A DNA stretch of 64,000 bases, taken from positions 81,840,001 to 81,904,000 of the forward strand of contig OX597820.1 of the NCBI GenBank assembly GCA_951406725.2, given 5' to 3'. Below the pieces are notes generated by a model. The model did no database searches and was not told the DNA's origin. It saw only the letters and a list, made by a program, of their open reading frames with translations. The DNA is from Octopus vulgaris. Taxonomy: Eukaryota. Below are positions 10,911 through 24,674 of the stretch, piece after piece. Each line of letters begins with the position of its first letter. Position 1 is the first letter of the stretch. A program made the position numbers and the translations under genes.

Positions 10911-12958
10911 TAAGTGGAACAACAATTTCCTAGATGCGTGAATGAGTCTCCTAAAAGAAATATGGGAAAATGTCTGTCATATCACCAGGACAAGGCAGTT
11001 AGTTTGGAGTGAGGATCTCCGTTGATCTCAAGCTCAACCTAACTGATCCCGATTTGTTAGCCTGTGCCCCTTTGGAAGGAAGTGACACACTCTTGAATGT
11101 AAAACGAGTGGAGAACGAATTTTGGTCTGGGACCACAGCAGAAATCTTCTTTCAGATAAACTCAGGAGTGTAAAAGACCTCAAACCTTATCCACCTGCTA
11201 AATGGATATTTGATTTGATGTTGTAGTTGAGGACAGAAAATGAAAATGCCGCTGGTGTAGTGCAGAGGATCACTTCAGAGCTTTCTGTTCTCAAAACAGA
11301 AGTGAAAGAAAGAAGGCTTACATCACTGCCGACGCCGCAACCCCAACAGCATACAGCAATATCAGCAGAAGCTGTAACAACGAAAGGATTAGGAAAAACA
11401 GCAGAAATACCAACACCAACAAAGTGGCAACCACAATTCCAGCATCCATCAACGACTCTGTGGGGAAGGAAAAATTCAACGTTTCGAAATTAATAAAAGT
11501 CAGCAGAGCTTTACATTTTCAAAGTTAGAAAGATTAATAGCAACTGATATGTAATCCAGAACTCTTCCGCACACAAAGACTAATTCAGCCTTCGCTGCCC
11601 CACTCAGTCGAAGCATATAGGCTAAGGGGTGAAATGCTTATTACCCTGACATATCTGCTGATTATACGGAAGGGTTTCTGCAATTGCGGTGGATTCAGAA
11701 TAAGAGCTTGCTAAACCTCTGAAAAACTCCTGCAGTTTCTTCGCGGGACAGTCCATCTCCGTTGTTTACTTCCCATGGTTGAAGTACACATTTTCTCAAT
11801 TGTACAGCAATTAAATCGTGACTCACGGGGCTGAAACAGCAGCAGTCTAGATAGTGAAGCAGAACTGCGAAACAAAAATAAATTACGTTTTCCTATATTT
11901 AAGGTGCAGTTTAGTTGGTTGCGGACCAGAGGACAGTTTTCTATAAGTAGAGATTGCAACCTAGTTTCAATATTGGAGGGATTCATAAGGTGGCGAACTG
12001 GCGGAAAAATTACCGCACCGGATAAAATGCTTAGTGGCATTTCGTCCGTCTTTACAAATAGTGTTAGTTGTACACACTCTTTATCTGTTTTGAGAACCCT
12101 ATGCCACTACCTAGAGCCAAACGGCTCTCTGATATCCTGTGTCTAATGAGACACGAGATCCTCGGATGTTATATTGATCGGAAAAGTAGATCTCCATCTG
12201 CTGGAATGCTCTCCGTCACTGGTTTTAAGAGTTAAGCAGATGATTTAGTGAGGCAGAGTCAAACAGAACTAAGTTTTCTCTCTCCAGCGTCGATAAGAAG
12301 CAACGAGAAAATGAGACGAGATGTGCTATTAGCAGATCGGATATCGGCAAGATTTTTCCATTTCAGAAACAATGTATGGTCATTGGGGCAATATATTTGA
12401 TAATAGCTGTCAATATCTGAGGAAAATTGTGTTCATAACTTCTCTGTGTGACGATATATAGCTATGTGGGCAATGCGTCAATGCAAATAGCCACTACGAT
12501 TATAGGCGTTCTTTTATTGACTTATTTTTATTGCATTTCGTATTTCGCACAACAGATTTCATCTGTAAAATTTATTTTTCATTTTGTACTTACCTTTCAT
12601 TCGTAGCATCTCTAGTCGTTCACCCAGAATATATCCAAATAATTTTCAGAAATAAACAAAACTTTGAGAAACAAGATCGCATTTTTATCATTGTGATTAC
12701 ATGCATCACCGAACCATTTAGCTTTAGAAATTTCTGAAATACCATGCAATTCATGATACAAACTGGACAAAAATGTTAAGGTAACTAAACAATTTAAACT
12801 TTTGCATTTCGTCCTTTACCTATGGTTCTTTTCTAGAAAGTATGAAAAGATGATGCAGTTGAAATAGTGAAAATCGGCGAAAATATGACGTACAAGTTTT
12901 AGTTTTAGATTATTAGTAAATGGAAAAATAAAATATTGAAATGGTCGTGGCTTACATA

Positions 12959-13325
12959 GGCGTAGACGTGGCTGCGTCGTAAGAAGCTTGCGTGGCAACT
13001 TGGGCAAGTGTCGTCTACTATAGCCCCGGGCAGACCAAAGCCATGTGAGTGGATTTAGTTGATGGAAACTGAAAGAAGCCCATCGTGCATATGTGTATAT
13101 ATTTATGTGTGTGCGTTTGTGTCTGTATTTGTCCCAACCCCAACGCTTGACAAGCGATGCTGATGAGTGTGCGTCCCCGTAACTTAGCGGTTTGGAAAAG
13201 ACACCCATAGAATAAGTACCAGGCTTACAAACAATAAGTCCTGGGGTAGATTTCTTCGACAAAAAGGTGGTGCTCCAGCATGGCCCCAGTCAAATGACTG
13301 AAAGAAGTAAAAGAATAAAAGAAAG
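12959..13325 (+). mobile_element. tRNA-derived SINE family B
   Basis: GGCGTAG..GTGGCTG head, CTTGGGCAAGTGTC core, tail CCAGCATGGCC..GACTGAAA; homologous to 18968, 28375, 43950 and 61015. Confidence 0.85.
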
Positions 13326-13477
13326 AATATATTTATATCAAACATGCTCAACAGTTTTTGCACTAATTTGTTAATTAAAAAAATTACAGAAAAATAATTT
13401 TTATCCCACATCGTTCATTAAGCAATGATTTATGGTTTTACTAGATTCAGGACGTTTTTCCCTACTGTTAAATACAT

Positions 13478-13893
13478 ATTTCTTTACTACCCACAAGGGG
13501 CTACACACAGAGGGGACAAAGAAGGACAGACAAACGGATTATGTCGATTACATCGATCCCAGTGCGTAACTGGTACTTAATTTATCGACCCCGAAAGGAT
13601 GAAAGGTAAAGTCGACCTCGGTGGAATTTGAACTCAGAACGTAATGCCAGACGAAATACGTATTTCTTTACTGCCCACAAGGGGCTAAACACAGAAGGGA
13701 CAAACAAGGACAGACAAACGGATTAAGTGGATTATATCGACCCCACTGCGTAACTGGTGCTTATTTAATAAGACCCCGAAAGGATGAAAGGCAAAATCGA
13801 CCTCGGCGGAATTTGAACTCAGAACGCAGCGACAGACGAAATACCGCTGAGCCTTTCGCCCGGCGTGCTAACGTTTCTGCCAGCTCGCCGCCT
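13478..13893 (-). mobile_element. SINE family A, two tandem body units
   Basis: Head GGCGGCGAGCTGGCAGAAACGTTAG, B box GAGTTCAAATTCC, central GCCTTTCATCCTTTCGGGGTCGATAAA..GTACCAG (MetaSINE-like domain) repeated twice. Confidence 0.88.
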
Positions 13894-14535
13894 TTCATCC
13901 TGTTAAATACCGTTGAAAAACATGCAATTTCGGAAATGCATATCTTCTCTTTGGCCTCTTCAATCTACACTCTTATTTATTCGTATTTAATGTCTCTGTA
14001 CAATCGACTAGCCAGCAAATGATTGTTGAATGGCAAGGTACGACCGATTGACCTCGAGCGAAATGCGTGGAAACGCACTAAAACTAAAATTAGAAGCAGT
14101 TTGGCTCCTCTCACAAAACTTGAGGCTGGTTAGAGTGTTACAAAAGTTTTGCAGATTGAGAAAGATCATTTACACTACAAGTACAAAGATTTATATCCGC
14201 TGGAGATTTTATACATTAAAAAAAAAAATAAAGATTCGTTACATTTTTTTCGTTGTCTTCCTTGCTTATCTTCCGTTTTATTCAACTTACTTTTCAATTA
14301 GCAGAAAGGCACATGTGTGCAAACACACGTGCACGTTTTTGTTTTTTAAATAGCTTTCGGACATTAGAAATATAGGTCCACATGGCTGAAATGTGTGTTA
14401 TAGAACTTTAAGAAAATAGTTTTTCAATATATATGATATATACGGACATATATGCTGAGAATTCATTCTGCGTTATTATACACATGGTTTGGCCTACGCA
14501 GTTGTTGTGAGATAGCAGAATCGTTAGCACATTAA

Positions 14536-14920
14536 GGCGGCGAGCTGGCAGAAACGTTAGCACGCCGGGCGAAATGCATAGCTGTATTTCGTCTGCCGTT
14601 ACGTTCTGAGTTCAAATTCCGCCGAGGTCGACTTTGCCATTCATCCTTTCGGGGTCGATAAATTAAGTACCAGTTACGTACTGGGGGTCGATATTATCGA
14701 CTTAATCCGTTTGTCTGTCTTTGTTTGTCCTCCCTTGTGGGTTGTAAAGAAATAGGTATTTCTTCTGCCGCTAAGTTCTGAGTTCAAATTCCGCCGAGGT
14801 CGACTTTACTTTTCATCCTTTTGGGGTCGATAAATTAAGTACCAATTGCGTACTCTGGTCGATCTAATTGACTCGCCCCCTCTCCCAAAATTTCGGGCTT
14901 TGTGCCTAGAGTAGAAAAGA
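14536..14920 (+). mobile_element. SINE family A, two body units
   Basis: Same motifs as 13478-13893 on the + strand. Confidence 0.88.
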
Positions 14921-14952
14921 ATCGTTAGTGCTTTGGACAAAATGCTTAAAGT

Positions 14953-15330
14953 ACCTATTTCTTTACTACCCACAAGGGGCTAAACACAGAGAGGACAAAC
15001 AAAGGGATTAAGTCGATTACATCGACCCCAGTGCGTAACGGTACTTAATTTATCGACCCCGAAAGGATGAAAGACGAAGTTGACCTCGGCGGAATTTGAA
15101 CTCAGAACGTAAAGACAGACGAAATACCTATTTCTTTATTACCCACAAGGGGCTAAACACAGAGGGGACAAACAAGGACAGACATAGGTATTAAGTCGAT
15201 TACATCGACCCCAGTGCGTAACTGGTAATTAATTTATCGAACCCGAAAGGATGAAAGGCAAAGTCGACCTCGGCGGAATTTGAACTCACAACGTAACAGC
15301 AGACAAAATACCGCTAAGCACTTCGCCCGC
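14953..15330 (-). mobile_element. SINE family A, two body units, tail-to-tail with the previous copy
   Basis: Same motifs, reverse orientation. Confidence 0.88.
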
Positions 15331-16206
15331 TTAAAGTACCAGTTAAGAAATGTAGCCGATTAATCTCTTGTGCCATAATTTAAACAATTATTATTATAAA
15401 TTCCGATATTTTCGTCTCTTAGTGTTAGTGCGTTCATTGCTGTCGATGTTGTTGTTAACGATGTTATTGTCGTACCTCCTGCTGTAGTGTTTTTAGTTGA
15501 TGCTAATGTGTCAAATTAGCAGAGTCGGTAAACCGTCAGACAGACTGTCTTCTGTTATTTGTTTTAGCTATCTATGCTCTGCGTTCAAATTTCATCGAGT
15601 GAATCGTCTCTCATTCTTTCAACATCGACAAATAATGTACCTGTTCAGTACTGGGGACGGTGGTGGTGGTGGGGTAAAGATTTCCGTCTTTCCCCACCTC
15701 CTCTCTGTATTGTATCTGTCATGTAATGGAAAAATGTCATAACCTTGTGTCTCACCGACACGCTGATTCGAGGTATGCGTGTCTGTGGAATACTCAGCCG
15801 TTTGCATGTTAATTTCCTGAATAATAACAACTGAATCGCTATCGACGAAATCGACAGAGCATCCACCACAGCTGAAGTGTGTATTGCTGCCCAAGGTCAG
15901 CTCCCAGTGCACAAACCAATATGCTCCAGTATCTTTGGATATTGCGTACCTCGGAATAAATTATCAAATATGTCAGACTTGTTAAATTCCTTTCAACCTC
16001 TTGAAGTTTTAAAAAAATTCATGGGATTATTTTCAAAAAAACGTAATTCCGATGTAGTTTTTACATGTTGATAAAAATCGTTTTGAAATTTTTTCTAAAA
16101 ATTAATAGAAGTTGCTAGTATTTAAGTTACGTAATTCTAACCAGTCGTATGACTAGATAGTTGACATATTGTAAATTGCTGATCTCTATTGCAATGGAGA
16201 TCAGCC

Positions 16207-16413
16207 CACTCAAAACTTTTACGTTGCGTCTCAGTCTGCTAGAAATAGTAGTCAGATCTTCCTTAAAGCACCCTTTGTTCCCTCGCTTGATGCAGACCCA
16301 AGTAGAGACCACACTCAAAACTTTTACGTTGCGTCTCAGTCTACTAGAAATAGCAGTCAAATCTTCCTTAAAGCACCCTTTGTTCCCTCGCTTGATGCAG
16401 ACCCAAGTAGAGA
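16207..16413. repeat. 105-bp tandem duplication, two copies
   Basis: CACTCAAAACTTTTACGTTGCG..CCCAAGTAGAGA starts at 16207 and 16312 with few mismatches. Confidence 0.92.
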
Positions 16414-16639
16414 TCACAAATATTATGTTCTTTTTGATTCTAGACGCTATAGTGTAGTTTAAGGAAGATTTGGCTGCTATTTCTAACAGATTAAGAGGCC
16501 ACGTAAATGTTTCGTGTTTGCTAATCTTTACGACAATAGAAACCAGCACAGACAAAATGTCAACCATCTTATCATGCGATTGGTTGAAATTAACTTTAAA
16601 TGCTTGCAATCTCTGTATTATTACTTTCAAATTTTGGCA

Positions 16640-16815
16640 CAAGTCCAGCAATTTCAGGGGAGTGAGTAAGTCGATTACATCTGGTACTTCTTTTATCGAC
16701 TGCAAAAAAATAAAAGGCAAACTCGACCTTGACGGAATTTTAACTCAGAACGTTTTAAGACGGACGAAATGCGACTAAGCTCTTAGCCCAGCGTGCTAAC
16801 GATTCTGCCAGCTCA
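16640..16815 (-). mobile_element. SINE family A copy
   Basis: Family A motifs ending in GATTCTGCCAGCTC. Confidence 0.75.
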
Positions 16816-17459
16816 TGTGTATTAAATCAGAAATGCATTTTTTTGAAAACAATCTGGTGAAAATTTCAAAAAACTTCAAGTTGTTGGAAGAAATTTTATA
16901 AGATCCAGAGTCTCGCCTTTTCCTAAATAGTATACTATATAAATTGAGGGAAGCTTGGTCGTTTCGGCACACGGAGACTGTTACAGATTGTATTATTGGT
17001 GCGCTAGTAGTTGTTGTTGACATTGTTACTGGTTTTGATTTTGTGTCGTTGTAGTCAAAGCGCCATCTCTGACTGAACGTTCTACTTTACTGAGTTAGGT
17101 CCAAAGTGACATGGGTGGAAAGGGTGGAAGGGGTTGCATGTACTCTTAGAGTTGGTGGGTGACGGTGGAGTAGGGTAGATGACGGTGGAATTGGGCAGGG
17201 GGGAGTACAGCTTTCAGCAAAGTTAGGGTATACAGTATATTACTTCTCACTATATAAAGCATCCTCCCTTTACTTCCACGGTCTCCTTTCACCCCTATAC
17301 CTAAATACACCACCACCGCCAACACCGCCACCCATAACACTCCGTCACCAATATTATCACTAACACCCCCAACACCAATACCACTGCTTACTCTAACACA
17401 AACACGATCAACGTCAACGCCACCAGCTTACACCTACATTAACACCAACATTTTCACTA

Positions 17460-17467
17460 CCATCAAT

Positions 17468-17501
<34 letters not shown>

Positions 17502-17638
17502 CCACGACAATGAACCACAATCACTATAACTACCACTACTAAACCACGATCACAACCATCACCATCACTTCTGTCAATATCACTATGAAGAATATTACTA
17601 CCGTCATTGCTATGACCACCACCACTACCACTCCCGTA

Positions 17639-17669
<31 letters not shown>

Positions 17670-17980
17670 TCACCACCACCACCACCACCACCACTACTAC
17701 TATCACCACCACCACCACTACTACTACTAGTACTATCACCACCACCACCACCACTACTACTAGTACTATCACCACCACCACCACTACTACTACTAGAACT
17801 ATCACCAGCACCACCACTACTACTACTAGTACTATCACCACCACCACCATCACTACTACTACTAGTACTATCACCACCACCACCATCACTACTACTACTA
17901 GTACTATCACCACCACCACCACCACTACTACTACTAGTACTATCACCACCACCACCACTACTACTACTAGTACTATCACA

Positions 17981-18053
<73 letters not shown>
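17460..18053. repeat. Compound (CAT)n/(ACC)n/(ACT)n microsatellite with about 33-bp higher-order unit
   Basis: Recurring AGTACTATCACCACCACCACCACTACTACTACT; source of the spurious poly-T/poly-V ORFs. Confidence 0.9.
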
Positions 18054-18275
18054 TATTTCCGACACTCTTTTCGGTAGCCGTTCGCACCGAAGAACCTCTA
18101 AATTACCCGCCTACATTATAGTTAATTAGTAGACAGGATCTTTCTCTCACCCACACACTTCTACAATGCAACGCATACACATAAATATGACTGACACGCG
18201 CACACACACACACACACGCAAAGTATGCATTTTCATAAATACACCCACTCACACATATAGCGTAGGTTAACAATA

Positions 18276-18771
18276 CAGTAATCACTCGCCATATCGCGGT
18301 TCACTTATCGCGCCCTCAGTACATCGCGGATTTTTCTGGCTAATATATGTAAATTTATATCACGGATCCCTCAGTATATCGCAGATTTCAGCGGCCGATG
18401 GGTATTTATATAGTTTTTTTTTTAGATTTCTATTATTTCTGTGGTAAAATAAGCATTTTCGCGACTAAAAACTAATAAATTGATAAATAAATATACAGTA
18501 CAGTACTGCTCTGTATAACACTTAATATATCAAAAGAAAATACGTAGTGTACCTTAAGCAAAGAATCGCACATACTGTATGGAAAACGAAACTCTGCAGG
18601 CGAACGTGTAGTCTTGTTTTGCATTTATAATAAAATAAATATATACAAATTATAATATTAATAATAATAATGATAAATATGCAGTACAGTGCTGTTGCTA
18701 CTTCGCGGATTTTCACCTATCGCGGGGGGGAGGGTTGGAACGTAACCCCCGCGATAGTGGAGGGATTACTG
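18276..18771. mobile_element. pogo/Tigger-like MITE
   Basis: TIRs CAGTAATCACTCGCCATATCGCGG / CCGCGATAGTGGAGGGATTACTG, flanked by TA on both sides; no ORF. Confidence 0.85.
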
Positions 18772-18967
18772 TACAACTCAATCACAATATTTATACACAC
18801 ACCCGTGCACAAATGCCTACACACGCGCACACATGCACGTGCGCGCGCACACAAATACACAAAATATTAATTATTCTACGTTTTGTCAGCGCTTCTTTTG
18901 TTATGCGCATCTTTTGTTATGCAAAAAAATATTTTGGCTATACTTCTCTACAATGCACAAAATATAC

Positions 18968-19186
18968 TCTTTTACTCTTTTACTTGTTTCAGTCATTTAA
19001 CTGTGGCCATGCTGGAGCACCGCTTTTAGTCGAGCAAATCGACTCCAGGACTTATTGTTTGTAAGCCTAGTACTTATTCTATTGGTCTCTCTTGCCGAAC
19101 CGCTAAGTTACGGGGACGTAAACACACCAGCATCGGTTGTCAAGCGATGTTGGGGGGACAAACACAGACACACAAACATATACACC

Positions 19187-19236
<50 letters not shown>

Positions 19237-19383
19237 CGACGGACTTCTTTCAGTTTCCGTCTACAAAATCCACTCACAAAGCTTTGGTCGGTCCGGGGCT
19301 ATAGTAGAAGACACTTGCCCAAGATGCCACGCAGTGGGACTGAACCCGGAACCATGTGGTTCGTAAGCAAGCTACCTACCACA
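18968..19383 (-). mobile_element. SINE family B, near full length, with internal (CA)n(TA)n
   Basis: B box GGGTTCAGTCCC, CTTGGGCAAGTGTC core and family B tail. Confidence 0.88.
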
Positions 19384-20169
19384 AATTTTTTTAATACAAT
19401 TCCTAATAATATTTGATTATAAAAATATAATGGGAGTTTTTTAAACATCGAATGTTTATTAGGGTCCAGTGGAGTAAAATTGGAAGCAAAGGGATTCATA
19501 ACTAAAAAGTGGTTGAGAACCCCTGACTTACACGATATATTACTATGATTCTCGCCGTCAATTGAAGAAACTTCAAAAGAAACTTGAAGAACAGTTGGAA
19601 ACTAATTAGATTTGTCCGGCTTTTTCTGTATGTGGAGAGATAAAATAAACGCTGTATTTTTCCCAACGTGATTAAATTTTATGTAGGTTTTTGTTTGACC
19701 CTAGGTCATCCTTGATGCAGTAGTCCACACCAATACTAATCAGGTCGATGATGTAGTTTACATTCAAAGTAAGTCAAAGCCTGTAGTGTAAAATATTCTA
19801 GAGGGAACAGAGGTCAGTGCAAGTACTGAGTTCTCAGGCGCAGCAGTAGGATTGACGACAATAGGACTGACTGTAGTGTCGAGTTGTTGTTATTTAGCCA
19901 CAGGTCAAGTGTGATCGAGAAGACCTCTGATCAAAAGCATTCCATCTGTAGCCATCACTTCTTAAAGTTATTTATGTACGACTACACTCCCTAGTGCATC
20001 CTTTTATTTTTCTTGAGATGGTAGAGTGTGATTAAGGGAAGATTTTACGGCTATTTCGAGCATATCGAGTAACTGCCTAGAGACATGTTGTTACTGTTGA
20101 TGTTGTTGTTGTTGTTGTTGTGTGTGTATGTGTATGTGTGCGCGCACGCGCGTGTGTGCATGTGCATCA

Positions 20170-22100
20170 AGTGGACCTAGGTGGAGGTGCTGAAATATGA
20201 GAAAACATGTGGAGGAGAGATTAATGTGTTCGTGACTGAGTTTTTGTCAGTTGGTTAGAGGGTCGCGTTCACATGTAGTCTCCCCCATGTGGGGGAGCAA
20301 TACTGAATCGGAGCAACAACACTCTATGTAGGAACAGTACTTTATTGTACGAACAGTAGTCAATAGTAGCATCAGTTCGCTATTATAGGGGTAGTAATCT
20401 GCTGTTGGAACACTCTGTTGTGGGCCTTACTCGATCATTACACAGAGTCTATAATTGACCAGTGCTGAAGTATTTTTGTGAAACAGAAGAGGAAAGCGGA
20501 GTTTGGGACTCAGCTTTTGCCAGATGGAATCGCCAGAAGAGATCATTTGTAAGTCCTAACATTTTCACCTATTTTCAGAATTTTACTTATTGTCAAGAAG
20601 TAGAGAAGTGGGACACAAGGGGGTTTTCCTTGATATAAACAGGGGCTGTGAACTTGTGATGTGGAAAGATGTCAAATCTTCATTAAAGTGTTCACGAGGT
20701 TCTGTTCATAGAGACAGGGTAAGGTGCTTGCGAAGTACCTAGGTGGTCTGCGTGACGAAGATTACTAAAGGTGGAGAGTAATATTGTCTGTATAGAGAGG
20801 AGCATTGTTAAAAGCGATAGCAAGCAAATTATTGTGTAGGAAGAGTGTGGAGTACATAACATAATCTTAAGGAACATTAAAGTTGATACAGTAGGGGTTA
20901 GGAAGAGTCCTGTTAGTATACACAACTAATCGATAGTTAATGTTAGAATATACAGCAATTATGAGGACTGATACCAAGCTACTAATCCAATATATAAAAG
21001 ATGGAGGGAGCCCATAAGCAGACAGCTTAGCTAGCAGATTTACGGTTAGATGTGATCAAAAAAGTTGTTGATGTCATGTACGGAGGCGTTGCTTCGGGGA
21101 ATTTGTTAGTGGAGAGAAAACATTGGTAATATAGGGGGTCTCTGGTAGATCTGGCTCTACGTACGGAAGACGTACAAGGGAATGAGTGAGTGCGGGAAAA
21201 GGAGAATAAAAGTCTTGAAGATTATTGTTTACGATTATTTCCATTATCTGCATCATATTTGAACGTGATGTGTCAGTATGATAGGCATGTTCAAATGTTT
21301 GCCTTCTTAAGAAAAGGATACATTGCTGCATGTTTGGACAGACTGACAAACCAAAAAAGAGATTGAAGAGGCAGATTTCGAGGCAGATTACATTGTTGGA
21401 TTGACGGGATGGGAACTAAGGTGTTTCCAAACTCGTGTATGTATAACTGGGGTACATGCACGCTTGGTATGTACATGTTCTTGTTGAGTAATGTATGTAG
21501 AATGCATTATTTTTAGAGAGGATTTGTTGAACGTGTGTCAGATGGTGTTGGATGGAAATCAGAAGTACAGCTTACGGGATCATCATGGTTGAACAGTGAT
21601 TGGAAGGAGGTTCGACAAGGTTTAGTGGATCTCGTGGCCAAGAACAAGGAAGACGAGATGAGAACAGAGTGGGAGATCGAAGAGAGACTAAGAGGAAGAA
21701 GAAATTATAGGCAATGTTATGCACGAAAGCAGATTTTGCTTTTTTTATGGATTCTTGTAGGATTTGGAGTCGTTTTGACCGATTATGCTTGAGGTTTTTA
21801 CAGTCTCATAGTTTTACAGTTTCATAGACTATTTTTCGCCTGTACTAATGCAGCATGACTCTCTTAGAGCATTTGAGGTTATGAGATTTTTCCGTTTATG
21901 TAATGTGAAAGAAAATGCTTAAAAGTTGCTCTTTTCAGACATCTCGACTCAAAGGACTGAAGTAGATTTATTTCAGAGATAGTTAATTTAAAACTAGCTG
22001 AGTTTTACATTCACTATCGACTCGTTAACTCGAAGTGCCTTAGGAATGCATTGGGTTGTGAGTGGATGGGTTTTTGGGTACATGATTAGTTAGATAAGAA
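20170..22100 (-). mobile_element. Heavily decayed CR1/Jockey-group LINE (endonuclease remnant and RT)
   Basis: Remnants AYGLPPSFIYWISS, NVP*DYVMYSTLFL (GVPQGSVL-like), LYTDNITL (YADD-like), VRPTTE/YCSPTWG. Confidence 0.6.
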
Positions 22101-22289
22101 CAGTTACAATGAAGGTTTAGTAAAGACAGGATAAGATGGGTGAAGTGTATAAGGAGAACCTGAGTATCGATTGGAATACGAATAGGTAATAATATTAACT
22201 GTTGCAGATAGATTTGGCTTCAGTGCCAGCAGCATCCGAGCTATCAAAGTGCGAGATTCCAGAGGAGCAGTGGCAGTTGAAGGCACTGA

Positions 22290-22430
22290 ATATGACTTCA
22301 GAGAGGAGTGGTGTGGAGTTGATGACTTCAGAACGGTAGTGGTGGTGGTGTGAGGTAGATGTTTTCAAAGAGGAGTGATGTGATGTCGATGTTTTTAAAG
22401 AAGTGTAGTGAGAGATAAAAGTCGTCAAAA
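22290..22430. repeat. Degenerate about 30-bp tandem repeat
   Basis: Recurring GATGACTTCAGAG..GTGGTG / GATGTTTT.AAAGA.G.GT units upstream of the LINE remnant. Confidence 0.5.
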
Positions 22431-22666
22431 AGAAGTTATCAGTGGATGAGAGGTATTCATAACGATACTCAGGGGCTCAAAACTATACCCATCTTCCAAA
22501 TCATGTCTATTGTTTCTGCTGTTTAATAACGCTACCTAATTCCCATCACTATTCCGTATCCCACCATATCACACCATAAAGCTCTCCTAAGACACTTAGC
22601 TCGTAAGCACTCGGCCAGCTTTAGATTAACTATCTCTGAAGAAAGTCGAGTAACAAAAGTAATAAT

Positions 22667-22877
22667 GGTTTCAAATTTTCGCACAAGGCCAGCAAGTTCG
22701 GAGGGAGGAGGTAAATCGATTGCATCGACCCCTGTGTTCAACTGCTACTTATTTTATCGACCCCGAAAGGATGAAAGACAAAGTCGACCTCAGCGGAATT
22801 TGAACTCACAATGTAATGACGAAGGAAAGGCTGCTAAGCATTTTGCTCGGCGTCCTAACAATTCAACCAGCACGCCA
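22667..22877 (-). mobile_element. SINE family A copy
   Basis: TTTATCGACCCCGAAAGGATGAAAG..GGAATTTGAACTC. Confidence 0.85.
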
Positions 22878-24599
22878 ATAATAACAATTCACACAACGTG
22901 CTGGTTGAATGAGTTTTTATTGTTGTTATATAGCCTTAGGTCAACCCTGATCAAACTAGCTTATACATCAGGCAAAGTTTTCAGCCAATCGACTCAGTCT
23001 GACTCACAGATCTCTGACAGTTATACCATAATTCCACTTAGTTGAAGATTACACTGTACACTCCAACAGCAACACTGAAATATGTGGAGTACAGTATGTC
23101 TGTATATGGTATGCATCGTCTCCAGTCCAGTGTTTGTTTCTTACGGCCATGGATTCTGGTAGTGGCAGAAGTGAGCAAAGTGGTCTGAAAACGTAACGTT
23201 TGGTGTTCTCTGAACTTAATAGCATATTGAGATTAATGTGGCTATTGATGTTGCAACTATTTCAATGTGATTTTTTTGTTTACTTGATTTGGGTAGGAAC
23301 GCTGTGTGTTGTAGTAATGTTTTCCGATAATGTGCGTGAACATCAGACGTGAATGGAAATTTCACAACCATACTGGTAGACCTTCAGTTTCATGTATGTC
23401 TCTGACAATAACAACAATGTAATTAAATGGTCTTCGTCCTTCTATTTTAGTACGGACGTCCCCAAAATATAACATATACCTCGTAGTTAGCAGAATAGTA
23501 ATAGCCAGCAAAATCTACCCTGCGTTGAGCAATAATAGAGATGGTTGAAATGTATTCATAAATTACCTCTCGTACTTGTACTTACGCCACGAGATGTTAA
23601 GAGACTTCATTAGAAGCCATGTGCGTAGTCCTTCTTTACGATGAATGCATTCTACACATGCACTGAAAAAGCAAGCCGTCTTGATTTTGAAACATTTGAT
23701 TCAGTTGTTTGGAAAATTGTTGCAGGGACTCCAGGCTAATCCCTTGCGTGCAAGGAATTCTTCTTTACTGTCAGCAACATGGGACACAAAGCACTTAAGA
23801 CACTGAACTCCTTGAATTGTGAGCAATCATTGGATCAGATGGCTTCTTTTTCGTGTTTTGTCAAGAATTCAATTTGCTTTGCATTAAGAAACAGACAAAC
23901 TTTGGTTGCAGCATTTTCAAGAGATGTTAACAAGTCTCGTGCATCACATTATTAGTTAACTGTTAGAGGAACGAGATCATCAAAATATTCAAGATCAAAG
24001 ATATACACAATCTGCTGATATCTTGATCACTTTTACTTAATGGTGTGGCTTTTGACTTTGATGGAATTAAAACTTTCACTAAGGAAGTAACGCACTACAA
24101 TCACAAAGAGAAAGATAATTAGGGTGTCTCTCAAAAGAACTACTGCTTTTGTTGGAATCTCTTTCGTTGCACCATTTGTACTTTGCAGAAGACTTAGTGG
24201 TTTATGAAAATGATGGGAATGACTTTGAGAATCTCATCTGAGGTAAAAAAATTTTACACGTGACATGATGGCAACGATCCGTGGTTCAGTTGATCTCCCT
24301 TTGCAGAAGCTATCATATTTTGGCACCCTCTTAGGATGGGATTAATGCTGGGTACATTTTTTTAAAGGAATATAGAGATGTAGCTTTTTAGGTTGTAATT
24401 TCTCTTTAGTTCAGTAACATTGAATATTGCGGTTTTTTGTTTTGGAAATGGAATAATTGAAAATTAGAGAAGACAGTTTGTTATCATTGAAGGATAAGAA
24501 AAAGTAAACGTTTTGCCTAAATAGCTTTGACCTAATGTAGGTTTCTATGAATTTATATGTTTAAATACTTTGAACTATTTTCACTTTTTTTCCACATAC

Positions 24600-24630
<31 letters not shown>

Positions 24631-24674
24631 CATACATACATACATACATACATACATACTTGTATATTCTTCAA

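Noticed and set aside
13478-15330. CRISPR-like regularly repeated units
   Set aside because: Repeats are about 180-bp SINE bodies without unique spacers, in eukaryotic DNA with no cas genes
16127-16720. 197-aa ORF with an internal repeat
   Set aside because: Length is explained by the 105-bp in-frame duplication, and the ORF starts inside a SINE
17585-18121. Mucin-like poly-Thr ORF
   Set aside because: Pure trinucleotide repeat with no signal peptide or supported exon structure
23150-24330. Coding-like minus-strand stretch with ECIHRKEGL and LLSET strings reminiscent of Helentron helicase/endonuclease
   Set aside because: Too degraded to support by eye; needs blastx or HMM search
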